The notes: generated from the letters alone by a model not told the origin. DNA of 64,000 nt from the human T2T-CHM13v2.0 reference genome, Homo sapiens (GCA_009914755.4 CP068257.2:30656001-30720000), one strand, 5' to 3'. Shown: positions 1 to 14,880, counted from the first letter of the stretch. A program made the numbers and translations.

Positions 1-301
1 AGAGCATACTAATTTCCTGGCACAAGAAATGAAATAATCTCACACCAAGGCTTAACATTGTAAATTATCAGAACTCCAACCTTCAGAGAAATTTCTAAAA
101 GTTTCAGAGAAGAGGGAAAAGGTGCAAGAATCAGATCACATTAGACTTCTCATCAGCAACCTGACTTCAGAAGCCGGAAAGCTCAAAGTTCAGTGGGCAG
201 GTGATTTTCAGACTAGAGTTATATACCCATTCCAATCATGATCCAGGTATAATTGACATTTTCAGATGTAACAGAACTTGAAAATTTTATCTTTTACGTA
301 G

Positions 302-600
302 CTTTTTTTTTTTTTTTTGAGACATAGTCTTGCTCTGTCACCCAGGCTGGAGTGCAATGGCGTGATCTCGGCTCCCTGCAACTTCCGCCTCCTGGTTTCA
401 AGTGATTCTCCTGCCTCAGCCTCCTGAGTAGCTGGGATTACAGGTGTCCACCACTACGCCTGGCTAATTTTTGTATTTTTAGTAGAGACGGGGTTTCACC
501 AGGTTGGCCAGGATGGTGTTGAACTCCTGACCTCAGGTGATCCACCTGCCTCGGCCTCCCAAAGTGTTGGGATTACAGGTGTGAGCCACCGCACCCGGCC
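302..600 (-). mobile_element. Alu (full length, antisense orientation)
   Basis: Poly-T then gagacatagtcttgctctgtcacccaggctggagtgcaatgg...ggattacaggtgtgagccaccgcacccggcc. Confidence 0.9.
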
Positions 601-920
601 ACATAGCTTTTCTTATTTGAAAATATGCTACAATAAGAAATGTAGAAAGATAGGTCACTATAAAAGAAAAGCAAATATTTAATATATGAAAAGATTCTCT
701 GCCATGCTCATTTTTAAACTACACTAAAAACTAATAGCTCACCTGTCACCCTGATAAAATCCAGAAGTTTGACAACATGATCTGTTTTCCATACTGTTGC
801 CCAAGAAAACAGGCACTTTCATACATTGTTGATAGAAATGCAAGATATTATAACCTCTATGGAAAGGAATTTGGCAGTATCTAACACAATTGCATACATA
901 TGTATCCTTTCTCTCTCTTT

Positions 921-925
<5 letters not shown>

Positions 926-957
<32 letters not shown>
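926..957. repeat. (CA)n microsatellite, about 16 repeats
   Basis: Direct reading. Confidence 0.95.
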
Positions 958-959
<2 letters not shown>

Positions 960-1207
960 CACATCTAGGAGCTGATTCCAAAAGTACACTGGCAAAAATA
1001 TGGTAAAACATGAACACAAGACATTGCAGCACTACTTGAAATGGAAAAGACTGAAAACAACCCAAACATTCATCAACTGGGAAGTGAATGGATAAGCTGT
1101 AGTACAACCACATGATGGGAACATTACGTACCTGTGAAAAAGAAAGAGGCTTATCTCTACATGCCATGGAGGGGACACCAGAATAAACGGTTAAGTAAAA
1201 AAAGGCA

Positions 1208-1512
1208 GGCTGGGCGCAGTGGCTCAGTCAGGCCTGTAATCTTAGCACTTTGGGAGGCCAAGGTGGGAGGATTACTTGGGTCCAGGAGTTCGACACCAGC
1301 CTGGGTGACATGGCAAGACCCTGTCTCTACTAAAAATACAGAAAAAGTTAGCTGGGCATGGTGGCACATGCCTGTAGTCTCAGCTACTCAGGATGCTGAG
1401 GTGGGAGGATTGCTTGAGCCTAGGAGGCAGAGGTTACAGTGAGCCAAGATTGAGCCACTGCACTCCAGCCTGCACAACAGAGCAAGACCCTGCCTCAAAA
1501 AAAAAAAAAAAA
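1208..1512 (+). mobile_element. Alu (sense) with poly-A tail
   Basis: ggctgggcgcagtggctcag...ctccagcctgcacaacagagcaagaccctgcctcaaaaaaaa. Confidence 0.9.
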
Positions 1513-2039
1513 TGTTTTTTTTTAAATGTAATTTGCCAATGGACATCTAAAAAAAGGTAGGGGGAAGACATTAATACACATACATATTTACTTATATTTT
1601 TAAAAATTGAAGGATATACCAAAAACATTTTTTAAAAGTGCCTACTTAGCTGAAAGTAACAGAAACACAGAAGAGGAATAGGAACTACGGATCCACAAGT
1701 GTACCTTGTCTTGTATATTTGACTTTGGAATCATGTAACTATTTGACATAAATATAAAACAAAATCTTTTTTTAAAAAAGCAATCTCTAAATATGTAGAT
1801 ATTGAATATATCTAGTGGATGGCATAGCTGCATGGAGAAGAACTATTTTGAGTAATTTTAAAACATGAACTTGACTATACGTATCTCATGAGATATACCC
1901 TAAGTACCAAAATAAATAAATACATTTCTACCATCTCTTTCCCAAAAAGATTTTAAACCATTTTTAGTAAGCATGTTGTTGTTGTTAGAATTGATATTGT
2001 TAGCTGCAAAAAAATAAAATAAAATACTTAGGAATATAC

Positions 2040-4262
2040 CTAACCAAAAAGGTGAAAGACCTCTACAAAGAAAACTACAGAACACTGCTGAAAGAAATCA
2101 TAGATGACACAAACAAATGGAAACACATCTCATGCTCATGGATGGGCAGAATCAATATTGTCAAAATGACCATACTTCCAAAAAGCAATCTACAAATTCA
2201 ATGCAATTCCCATCAAAATACCACCATCATTCTTCACAGAACTAGAAAAAACAATCCTAAAATTCATATAGAACCAATAAAGAGCCCACCCAGCCAAAGC
2301 AAGACTAAGCAAAAAGAACAAATCTGGAGGCATCAAATTGCCTGATTTCAAACTATGCTATAAGGCCATAATCACCAAAACAGCATGGTACTTGTATAAA
2401 AATAGGCACATAGACCAATGGAACAGAATAGGGAACCCAGAAATAAACCCAAATACCTAGAGTCAACTGATCTTTGACAAAGCAAACAAAAACATAAAGT
2501 GGGGAAAGGGCACCCTATTCAACAAATGATGCTGGGATAATTGGCAAGCCACATGTTGAAGAATTAAACTGGATCCTCATCTCTCACCTTATACAAAAAT
2601 CAACTCAAGATGGATTAAGGACTTACATCTAAGACCTGAAACTATAAAAATTCTAGAAGATAACATTGGAAAAACCCTTCTAGACATTGGCCTAAGCAAA
2701 GATTTCATATCCAAGAACCCAAAAGCAAATGCAACAAATACAAAGATAAATAGGTGGGACTTAATTAAACTAAAGAGCTTTTGCATGACAAAAGGAAAAT
2801 CAGCAGAATAAACAGACAATCCTCAGAGTGGGAGAAATCTCCACAATCTATACATCTGACACAGGACTAATATCCAGAATCTACAAAGAACTCAAATCAG
2901 CAAGAAAAAAAAAAAAATTTCATCAAAAAGTGGGCAAGGACATGAATAGACAATTCTTAAAAGAAGATATACAAATGGCCAACAAACATATGGAAAATGC
3001 TCAACATCACTAATGATTAGGGAAAGGCAAATCAAAACCACATTGCAATACCATCTTACCCACACAAGAATGGCCATAATCAAAAAATCAAAAAATAGTA
3101 GATGTTGGCACGGATGCAGTGAACAGGGAACACTTCTACACTGCTGGTGGGAATGTAAATTAGTACAACCACTATGGAAAACAGTGTGGAGATTCCTTAA
3201 AGAACTAAAACCATTTGATCCAGCAATCCCACTACTGGGTATCTATCCAGAGGAAAATAAATTATTATATGAAACAGATACTTGCACACACATGTTTATA
3301 GCAGCACAATAGCAATTGCAAAAATGTGGAACCAGCCCAAATGCCCATCAATCAATGAGTGGATAAAGAAACTGTGAGAGAGAGATATATATATATTCCA
3401 TTATATATATATACTGTATATATATACAGTATATATATTCCATTATATATATATACTGTATGTATATACCATTATATATATACTGTATATATACAGTATA
3501 TATATTCCATTATATATATACAGTATATATACTCCATTATATATATACAGTATATATATTCCATTATATATATACTGTATATATCTACTGTGATATATAT
3601 ATTCCATATATAGTCCACATATATATAGTCCACATATATATATAGTCCACATATATATAGTCCACATATATATATATTCCACATATATATAGTCCACATA
3701 TATATAGTCCACATATATATATAGTCCACATATATATAGTCCACACATATATAGTCCACATATATATATATAGTCCACATATATATATCTTCCACATATA
3801 TATATCTTCCACATATATATATCTTCCACATATATATATTCCACATATATATATTCCACATATATATATTCCATTATATATATATAATGGAATACTACTC
3901 AGCCACAAAGAGGCATTTGCAGCAACCTGGACTGGATTGGAGACTATTATTCAGGAATAATAGTAATTCCTGAAGTAATTCAGGAATGGAAAACCAAACA
4001 TTGTATGTTCTCACTCATAAGTGGGAGCTAAGCTATGAGGATGCAAAGGCATAAAAATGATACAGTGGATTTTGGGGACTCAGGGGGAAAGGGTGGGAAG
4101 GGGGTGGGGGATAAAAAACCACAAATTGGGTTCAGTGTACACTGCTCAAGTGACAGGTGCACCAAAATCTCACAAATCACCACTAAATAACTTACTCATG
4201 TAAGCAAATACCACCTGTTCCCCAAAAACCTATGGAAATAAAAAGTTTTTGAAAAAAAGAAC
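2040..4262 (+). mobile_element. L1 (L1PB-like) ORF2 3' portion plus 3'UTR, interrupted by an internal tandem-repeat expansion
   Basis: Recognisable L1 ORF2 and 3'-end sequence ([24 protein letters not shown], gtgggagctaagctatgagga...aaaagtttttg). The 2052-2345 and 3013-3312 + ORFs are L1 ORF2 remnants. Confidence 0.85.
3366..3890. repeat. Complex TA-rich tandem and palindromic repeat inside the L1 (units ccattatatatatactgtatatatacagtatatata and agtccacatatatat)
   Basis: Direct reading. It accounts for the Y/I-rich ORFs at 3359-3908 on both strands. Confidence 0.9.
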
Positions 4263-4923
4263 AAAAATAATAAATTCTTCCAAAGACAAAAAAGAATTGA
4301 TATTGCTATTCTGGGGTCGTTTGTGTGTACGTTGTATATTGAGTAATTATGTTAGTCTTGTTGGGAATATAATTTTAAGTTTTGGAGAAAGAGATACAGC
4401 TAAGAAAGATAAGGTTAAGTAAAAACTCCATGCTTGTGATTTTGAAGTGGAAGCATCAGTATGAACTCATGCTATTTTTTATCTCAAAAAATAAATATTT
4501 TCTAGCTCTCTACATTGAATTGGTCTAAACATTATAACCAACCCAGTAGCAACAAGCACCCCTATCATCTAGACCATGATAGCTAAATACCATTTTCTAC
4601 TAAGAACTGGGATTCCTTGGAGAAATGACTGAATTCAAGGTTCGCGGGGGTATCCAATCTTTTGGCTTCCCTGGGCCACACTGGAAGAAGAATAATTGTC
4701 TTGGGCCACACATAAAATACACAAATAGTAACAATAGCTGATGAGCTTTAAAAAAAATGCAAAAGAATCTCATAATGTTTTAAGAAAGTTTATGAATTTG
4801 TATTGAGCCACACTCAAAGCCATCCTGGGCCACATGTGGCCTATGGCAAGCTTGTTCTAGGACAAGAAATGTACAAAATGTACATAGATTTAAGTTCAAA
4901 AATGCATTTTATATATATATATT

Positions 4924-5216
4924 TCTGAGACAGAGTCTCACTCCATTACCCAGTCTGGAGTGTAGTGGCATGATCTTGGCTCACTGCAACCTTCACCTCT
5001 TGGGTTCAAGCCGATTCTCCTGCCTCAGCCTCCTGAGTAGTTGAGACTGACTACAGGTGTGCACAACCATGCTTGACTAATTTTTGTATTATTTTAGTAG
5101 AGACGGGGTTTCACCCTGTTGGTCAGGCTGGTCTTGAACTTCTGGCCTCAAGTGATCCTTCTGCCTCGGCCTCCCAAATTGCTGGGATTACAGGCATGAG
5201 CCACCGTGCCCAGCCT
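4924..5216 (-). mobile_element. Alu (antisense), preceded by a (TA)n run
   Basis: Alu consensus in reverse orientation. Confidence 0.9.
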
Positions 5217-6106
5217 CAGAAATGCATAATTTTTTTAAGCTTCTTATTATTTACTGTTGGAAGACGCTAGGCAGGGATAAATAGGTGCAGCATAAAAGAC
5301 TTTCAGGGCAGTGAAACTACTTTGTATGATACAATAATGGTGGATACATGTTATTATACATTTTCCCAAACCCGTAGAATGTACAACAACAGTGAACCCT
5401 AATGTAAACTATGGACTCTGGGTGATAATGATGTGTCATTGTCATTGTTGGTTCATCAGTTGTAACAAATGTACCACTCTGAGGCAGCAGGTGGATAATG
5501 GGGAGGCTATGCAGGTGTGTGGGCTGGAGGTATATAGAAAATCTGCCCCTTTTTCTCAATTTTGCTATGAATATAAAACCGCTCTTTAAAAAAAAAGGTT
5601 TATTAGAAAGAGAGAGAGTAAGAATAGGAAAGAGAAGATACCTGTAAATTTAACAAGACTTCAGAGACACATCTCCCATCAAGCAATTGCAACACATGGC
5701 CCTTACTTGCTCCCAATTTGAGCAAATTAACTGTAAAAAAATTATGAGACAAATAAGGAAAATGTGAGCATTGACTAGATAGTTGATTCAATTAAATAAT
5801 ATTCAGGTGGGATAATATGGTTTTGTTTAAAAAAAAAAGCCCTCCTGCAGAGATACATAGAGAAATATTTGCAGATGAAATGATATATTTTGAATTTGCT
5901 TCACAGTAATCCAGGGTTGGAGACGTGGGTAGGGTTACAGATGAAACTAAATTGGCCTTGGCCATGATTTGATAAAAACTGTTCAAGTTGAGTGATGGTT
6001 ACATGTGAATTAATTATGCTTTCTCACTGCTTTTGCAAATGTTGAAATTATCTATGATAAAAATTGAGTTTTTATCAAAGTTATGCAAATTTTGCATGTA
6101 CTCTGA

Positions 6107-6479
<373 letters not shown>

Positions 6480-7753
6480 ATTAAAATGTAACTTTTATAG
6501 CAAAAATCTTTAATAAAAACATGGACACTCCAGAAAGAAGTGTGTTTATTTTGAGGATTTATATTCCCAGGATGTGACATTGTTTGCCCAGTGCAGAGGC
6601 TGATTAATGGCCCCCAAAAATATCTACATTCTAGTCCCCTAAGCCTGTGCATTTTACTTTATGTGGCAAAAGGGACTTTGCAGATGTGATTAAGGATTGT
6701 GAGATGGAAAAATTATCCTTGATTACCTGCACGGACCCAGTATAATCACAACTGTCCTTATAAGAAGAGGAGCTTTGGAAGAAGAGAGAGTTGACTACGG
6801 AAGAGGGAAAAGGTGATGTGATAATGAAAGCAGGGGAGGACGGCAGTGTGGTGGGGGCCATGAACCAAGGAATGAGGACAGCCCCCCGAAGCTGGAAAGG
6901 GCAAGGAAACAGATTCTCTCCTGGGGCCTCCAGAAGGAACCAGTCCTGGCAACACCTTGTTTGAGTCCCATAAGACTCATTACAGGCTACTGGCCTCCAG
7001 AACTGTAAGGCAAAAAAAAAATAGAAATTGACATAAGGTAAGACACCAAATCTATGTTGTTTTAAGTCACCAAGTTTCTAGTAACATGTTGCAGCAGCCA
7101 TAGCACACTAATGCACCCAGGTTGCAAATCTCAGGGGTACTGGAAACAGCAGGGCCTGGAGACGGCTGTATCTGGCTGTATCCAGCTCTTTGCCTGGAAA
7201 ATGAGGTCCCACCACCTGAGACCATAGTATTGTGAGAATTGCCTAAAGCACCTCGTCCAGGTCATCGTTCAATAAACGTTTGTGCCGTCTCCCTCTCTAG
7301 ATTTCTCCCTTCTACCTTTCTCTCCACACTCAATCTGTAGTTGTGATGATCACTAATGTAATAGAAAACATCCTAGAAAAAAGAACTTCACCTTCAAGAC
7401 TTGGGTTACAAATTAAAGGGAGAAGAAAAACAATGCTAACAGTCAAGGACTTTGAGGTATTTGTTAATATAAGTATGTCATTATTATCTTAGAGTTAACC
7501 TTGACAGCAGTGTCACTTCTTACTAATGTCAAAGGGGCAACATTTTTTTAAATTGTTTTTCTACTAGGGTACTTGCATGGATCTTTTTTTTTTTTCTAGT
7601 CAGTCTCTGCTTATCCATCATGGATATTTTAAAATCCAGATTATTATCAGACAAATAAATTCAACTTAATAATCAGTATTTTGTCAGACAGAAGTAAAAA
7701 TTCCAAACTAATAAAATTATGCTCAACTGGAAAATGTAGGAAGGTCTTTTTAA

Positions 7754-8092
<339 letters not shown>

Positions 8093-9363
8093 ACAGGTGT
8101 CTCCTGATTTTAATTGCATCTCCCTGATGACTAATGACTTGGAGCACTTTTTGATGTGCGTATTGGCTATTCACATATCTTTCTTTATAAAGTATCTGTT
8201 CAAGTCTATGGCCAGTTTTTTAATTGGGTTATCTGTCTTTTTATTATTGATGTATATACTCTTGGTATAAATTCCTTAGTAGATATATAATTTTTAACTT
8301 TCTTTCCAGTATGTGGCTTGCCTATTCATTTTCTTAGTAATCACTTTCGATAAACAAATGTTTTAAATTTCAGCTGAATGTAATTTATCAATATGTCCAT
8401 TTCTACAGTTTGTAAAGCTGCTGGGATGATGATTGGGATTGCAGGGAACACGATCAATTTGGGGCCATTTAACATCTTAATAATACTGAATTTTTCAAAC
8501 CATAAGCTGGTATCTCTCTCCATATTTTAGGTCTTATTTCGTCTCTCTCAGTAACATTTTGCAGGTTTTACTCTTGCATATCTTTTGTTAATTTTATTCC
8601 TATGTGTTTTATAATTTTTGACACTAACAGAAAACATTTATGATAGTATCAAAAAAGCATTAATTACACTTAAAAATAATGTGTATTCTGCAACTGTTGA
8701 ATATAGTATTCTATCCAAGGCAACTAGATCTAGATGATGGATAGTGGTATCACTACTGGCAGCAAATTCATACGGGTCTGCAGCAACCTCAATTCTTGCC
8801 TCCTCAGAAGGAAGAATTCAACTAAGGGGCATAAGACAGGAAAAGCGCCTGAAGCAAGTTTTAGAACAGGAGTGAACGCTTATTAGAAAGCTTTAGAGCA
8901 GGAACGAAAGGAAGTAAAGTACACATGGAAGGGGGCCAAGCGGGCAACTGGCGAGATCAAGTGCACAACTGGGCCTTTTGTCTTTGGGCTTTATATGTGG
9001 GCATACTTCTGGGGACTTGCATTCCTTCTCCCCTGATTCCTCCCTGGGGGTGGGCTGTCCACATGCCATGCTTGAGCCCACTCGCCCAACTCCTGAGATC
9101 CTATCAGGAAGCAGATGACCAGTTTTAGGTGTTTTCTATCTATTGGGATTCTGCCTTTTCTTGGCGCCGCCTGTGACCAATTATTACTTTAGAGAGATAG
9201 TTAACAACAGCCTAACCATCACTTGATGTTTGCCCGACACTCCTGGTGTATGTGTAGGGGGAGCCCTCTCCTGCCTTGCTCATACCTGACTAGCTACCCA
9301 TTATAACAGTATTAGTCTGCTTGGTCTGCCCAACTAGCCCAAAGTCCCAGAGTAGGTGTCTTA

Positions 9364-9735
<372 letters not shown>

Positions 9736-12651
9736 TCAAGGTATAAGTGGGCCTGGTTTCGTTCTGAGGCCCCTTGCAATTGTCAATGGCCATCTCCTCC
9801 CTGTGTCTTCACATCATCTTCTTTCTGTGCCTCGGTGGTATCCCAACCTCCTCTTCTTATGCAGACACCAGTCATCTTGGATTAGAACCCATTGTCATGG
9901 CTTTTTAACCTAATTATCTCCTTAAAGATCCTATCTCCAAATACAGTCACATTCTGAGATACTGGGGGTGAAGGCTTCAACTTAGGAATTTGGGGGAGCA
10001 CAATTCAGCCCAGAATAGTGTTATTTGCACAGTGTTGTACACACCTGGGAGACATGTGTACAGCAGTGTACACAGAAACATCTGGAAGTACACAGGTGGG
10101 TGCATGGTGTGGGGGATGTCTTCGTGATATTTTGATATAAGAAACATGTAGAGTCATGTGTCACTTCACAACGGGGTTACATTGTGATAATTGCATCGCT
10201 AGGTGATTTCGTTATTGTGTGAACATCAGAGAGTCTACTTACACGAATCTAGAGGGCACGGCCTACCACACACCTCGGCTGAACGGCCTAGCCTATTGTC
10301 TCCAAGGCTATAAACCTATTGTTACTATGCTGAATACTGTAGGCAATTATAACACAATGGTAAGGATTTATGATAGTATTATGATATTATTAGTGTTAGA
10401 TATAAACATATCTAAACATACAAAAAGCACAGTAAAAATACACTATAAAAGATTTTTTTAAAAATAGTACATCTGTATAGGGCCCTTACCATGAATGAAG
10501 CCTCCAGGCCTGGAAGTTGCCCTGCATGAGGCAGGGAGTGGTGAGTGAATGCGAAGGCCTAGGACATTACTGGACACTACTGTAGACTTTATAAGCACCA
10601 CACTTAGCCTATACTAAATTTATTTATAAAATAAAGTAAATGTGCAATGATGTTATGTTGGCTACGGTGTCACTAGTGATAGGAATTTTTCAGCTCCATT
10701 ATAATCTTATGTGACCACTGTTCTATATGGAGCTGGTCATTGATGGAAGCATTATTAGTCAGCATTTGACTGTATTTGATCTTTGTCCCTGGTAGCACAG
10801 AACTCATAAAACTTGCAATATCTGAGTAATGGGGTAAGAGAAGCATCTTCTGTTAATCAGCATAAGCCACTTTCAACTCTACCTGAGTTTATGCCAATGA
10901 GGTGGGGGCTGGTTGTCAGAGGAACCAACCATATATTAGAGGGTTGCAATGTTCACTCCCACCCTGGAAAGGGGAGAGAGGCTGGGGATTGAGTTCATTC
11001 ACTGATAGCCAGTGATTTCATCAATGGTGCCCACATAATGGAATATAATAATCATCTAGATGGCATAGCACATGATAAAACCCTACAAAAACCCTCCTCA
11101 AGGGGCTTCAGAGAACTTCCAAGTTGGTGAACACATTGAGGTGCTGGGAGGGTGTGCACCTGGATCAGGCGTGGAAAAATCCGTGCCCTTTCCCACACCC
11201 TGCCCCATGTGTCTCTTCCACGTGGCTGTTCCTGAGTTGTATTCTTTTATGACAAACCAGTCATCTAGTAAGTGAACTGTTTGACCTGAGTTCTGTGTGT
11301 GAGCCATTCTAGCAAATGACATAGTGTCAGGATTGAGTTACATTGTAGGACACCCAGCGAGTGTCTACCAAGAATAGGAAATTGCTTGGTATGGAAAAGC
11401 CCACAAGTCTGGCGTCAGAAATGTACGGTGTAGCGGGAGCAGAGGTTTTATTTTACTTTTCAAGTAGATATTTTGCCCCTCACTTGGGAAACACAAGAGC
11501 CTCATTCCTCCCCTTCTGGTCAACTGAACTACCCTCAAAGTGCTCCCCAAGGAATGCCTCAGGCGTGGCAGGCCTCAGCAAAACCAGCGGAGGGGCTCAA
11601 GTTATCTGGGTGGACTGTCTACACTGTCAATACCCAGGTTTACTCTGATACTGTAGACCTGAATCAAGAACACAAGAAAGCTGGGCGTATTGGAGGGAAA
11701 GGCCATGTAAGCTGTGTGTTTTGGCCTCCTAATTCTCAAAGGCTAAATTCTAGGGTTCCTCTCACCTGTGGTCCTGCTCATTCCAGATGTTCAGAATGTT
11801 CCTCTTGTTAGTGTCTGAGGATCTCAGAGGAGGGTGTGTAATTTGGAGTCAAGCTCTACAGAAACCCAGAAGAATCTGCGTCACGTGTGGTATCAGCCAA
11901 GAGCTGAGTGGACTCTATTTCCCAAGAGCTTGGACCACATGGGGTTGTGTCAGAGATAAACAGCCTTTTGAGTCTGAACAAATGCAGCCGGCTGGTTGGT
12001 TCTTGGGGGGCTTAGATATAAGTGGAGAGGTGCACTCTGTTGGGGCAGGGGGCTCTCTTTTGGTTTTAATTAACTGGCTATGAGTACATGACAGAGGTTT
12101 ACAAGTTCACGGCTGGCATCACTCGATTTCTGCCCTCAGATATTGAATCTAAGCCAGCAGTTTGGTGGTTGCTCAATAGCATCCAGAATTGCTTAAATGT
12201 AAGTCAAGGGCACTGTCGGGCTTACATTTTGGTTCTTTTAACTTTTCAAGTATTTAAGACAAAAAGCGATTGTCTTTCCAGCCCTATTGGGCATCTTCTA
12301 AGGGGCCCTGGGCGACTATTTCCCGCCCAGCTCCCTGTCCTCACACAGAGAGGGATCCTAGGGCTGCCCTGGAAAGCCGTTCTCCTGCCTCTCTGCTCTG
12401 TGTGCTTTGGAGTTTTATCAAGAAGGGGCAGATGGGAAGCTCTGCTGGATGCTGGCGTTGTGAGACACACCCCCCTGACCTTTCTTCCAGCCAAATAGCT
12501 CTGATAAGTGGGCAGACCTTGAGCCTAGAGACCCACAGACACACTTGGACGATTCCTGCAGAAATCAGTGAGGCAGTCTCCTCCCAGGGGCTTGGCGCCT
12601 GGCTCGAGGCGAGGCTGCCGGCCCGGACGCTGACTGCCCAGTGCCACAGAC

Positions 12652-12757
12652 ATGGCCAACGGGACCAACGCCTCTGCCCCATACTACAGCTATGAATACT
12701 ACCTGGACTATCTGGACCTCATTCCCGTGGACGAGAAGAAGCTGAAAGCCCACAAAC
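12652..12757 (+). CDS. MRAP: MRAP coding exon 1 (ATG exon; gene exon 3), encoding [35 protein letters not shown] plus 1 nt
   Basis: ATG at 12652. The peptide matches the N-terminus of melanocortin-2 receptor accessory protein as I recall it. Donor CAAAC|gtaagt at 12758. The exon leaves 1 nt that joins 'at' of the next exon to give His36. Confidence 0.92.
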
Positions 12758-13029
12758 GTAAGTCTGAACTAGGGAAGCCGGTCAGACAGAGGCTGGGGGC
12801 CGGGGCCCAAATGACTGGGCACTCCCGGCTTTCTCTGCATTCACTTACTAACTCCGGTAGACATCATGGGAAAGCAGGAATGTGGCCAGTTCACTCATAG
12901 ATATAAATGAATGGGGCTGGGAGAGAAACTGTATTTGCTAACTTCTGTAATAAGCTTGGAATTAACCTGCTAAGTCACGAAGACACTTTGGAAGCAGAAT
13001 TTTTATTTTTTACTTTATTTTATTTTATT

Positions 13030-13309
<280 letters not shown>

Positions 13310-13796
13310 GAGAATATTCTTTTAAAGATAGATTTCTTGTTTAATTTGTTTGGGGCTCCAATAAGCTGAGCGAGTTTCCTCAAATTAAAGATTTGCCTTT
13401 TCCACTGTCTGTATTTAGATTTGGGACAGTTATTCTCTCCATCCCTAAAATGCAGATTTAATGATTTTTACTAAAATGCCAACATACGTTTAATCTTCAT
13501 AGTCTCAGCAAGGACAAACCAGCATGACTTCACTTCTTTTTGCTCATCTGCCCTCGGGTTCCTTATCTCTTGGCTAACGTGGCATGTGTGGACAATCTTC
13601 TCTGAGGAGTCCAGCTACTTGATCACAATGACAAATTAGATGCGGAAGTGAGCATGAGAAACAAAACAAAAACAAAGCCTGGGAAGATTGGGTCTCAGCC
13701 CTGGAAACCCATGCGCTACCTATCCCGTAGGAAGTCTTAGCTTCCTTGGGTTTTCACTCACTATAATCACATACTGTCTGTCAAACAGTAAATGCA

Positions 13797-13972
13797 GGGC
13801 TGGGTGCAATTGCTCACGCCTGTAATCCCACCAACTAGAGAGGATCACTTGAGGCCAGGAGTTCGAGGCCAGCCTGGGCAACACAGTGAGATCCCATCTC
13901 CACACACACACAGAAAAAGTAAACGCAGACCAGGCATGGTGGCTCATGCCTGTAATCCCAGCACTTTGGGAT
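13797..13972 (+). mobile_element. Alu fragment (sense; left monomer plus start of right monomer), truncated at the VNTR
   Basis: ggctgggtgcaattgctcacgcctgtaatccc...ccaggcatggtggctcatgcctgtaatcccagcactttggg, then the minisatellite begins. Confidence 0.85.
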
Positions 13973-13974
13973 TA

Positions 13975-14690
13975 CGTCGTATGTCAGATGCGTCATGTGT
14001 CATGCATCCTATGTCAGGGGCGTCACGCGTCCTATGTCAGATGTCACACATCCTATGTCAGGGGCGTCACGCATCCTATGTCGGATGCATCACGCGTCCT
14101 GCGTCGGATGCGTCATGCGTCCTATGTCAGATGTTTCACACGTCTTATGTCAGGGGCGCCATGCGTCCTATGTCGGATGTGTCACGCATCCTATGTCACG
14201 TCATGCGTCGCATGTCAGATGCGTCACGTGTCCTATGTCAGATGTTTCACACGTCATGTCAGGGGCGTCACGCGTCCTATGTCGGATATGTCACGCGTCG
14301 TATGTCAGATGCGTCACACGTCCTATGCCGGGGGCGTCACACGTCCTATGTCGGATGTGTCACGCGTCCTATGTCGGATGTCACGCGTCCTATGTCACGC
14401 GTCCTATGTCAGGGGCGTCATTCGTCCTATGTCAGATGTGTCATGCGTCCTATGTCAGGGGCGTCATGCGTCCTATGTCGGGGCGTCATTCGTCCTATGT
14501 CAGTGTGTCGTGCGTCCTATGTCAGGGGCGTCATGCCTCCTATGTCGGATGTGTCATGCATCCTATGTCAGGGGCGTCATGTGTCCTATGTCGGATATGT
14601 CATGCGTCCTATGTCAGGGGCGTCATGCGTCCTATGTCGGGTGTCATGCATCCTATGTCGGGGCGTCATGTGTCTATGTGTCATGATATA
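13975..14690. repeat. CpG-rich minisatellite/VNTR: about 31 copies of a 23-bp unit (GTCATGCGTCCTATGTCAGGGGC alternating with GTCACGCGTCCTATGTCGGATGT)
   Basis: Direct reading of the sequence. Alternating unit subtypes form a 46-bp higher-order period. Each unit carries 2-3 CpG. Confidence 0.95.
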
Positions 14691-14880
14691 TCGTGTATGT
14701 CATATCAATGATATATCATGATTTCAAAGATGTATCATATTTCATATATCATGATATATGATATGATATATCGCATATGTATCAGATATATCAAATATAT
14801 CATATGATATATATCATATCATATATCCATATATATCATGATATATCGTATATGATATCATATATCATATGATATATGAT
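14691..14880. repeat. AT-rich palindromic tandem repeat (ATATCATGATATATCATATGATATA-type)
   Basis: Direct reading. Hairpin or cruciform-prone. It abuts the VNTR and an inverted Alu fragment. Confidence 0.9.

Noticed and set aside
3359-3908. Y/I/W-rich ORFs on both strands (84-143 aa)
   Set aside because: Translation of the TA-rich tandem repeat inside the L1.
5531-5580. TATA-like strings (tatataga, tataaaac) about 7 kb upstream of the MRAP ATG
   Set aside because: Isolated AT-rich hexamers without CpG island, initiator or other promoter context. Cannot be called a promoter from sequence alone.
13792-14721. Three overlapping long + ORFs (309, 266 and 238 aa) rich in RPMSDASCVLC-type repeats
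   Set aside because: They are read-through of the 23-bp minisatellite in three frames. The unit lacks stop codons, the peptide periodicity is that of the DNA repeat, and there is no start context or splice logic.
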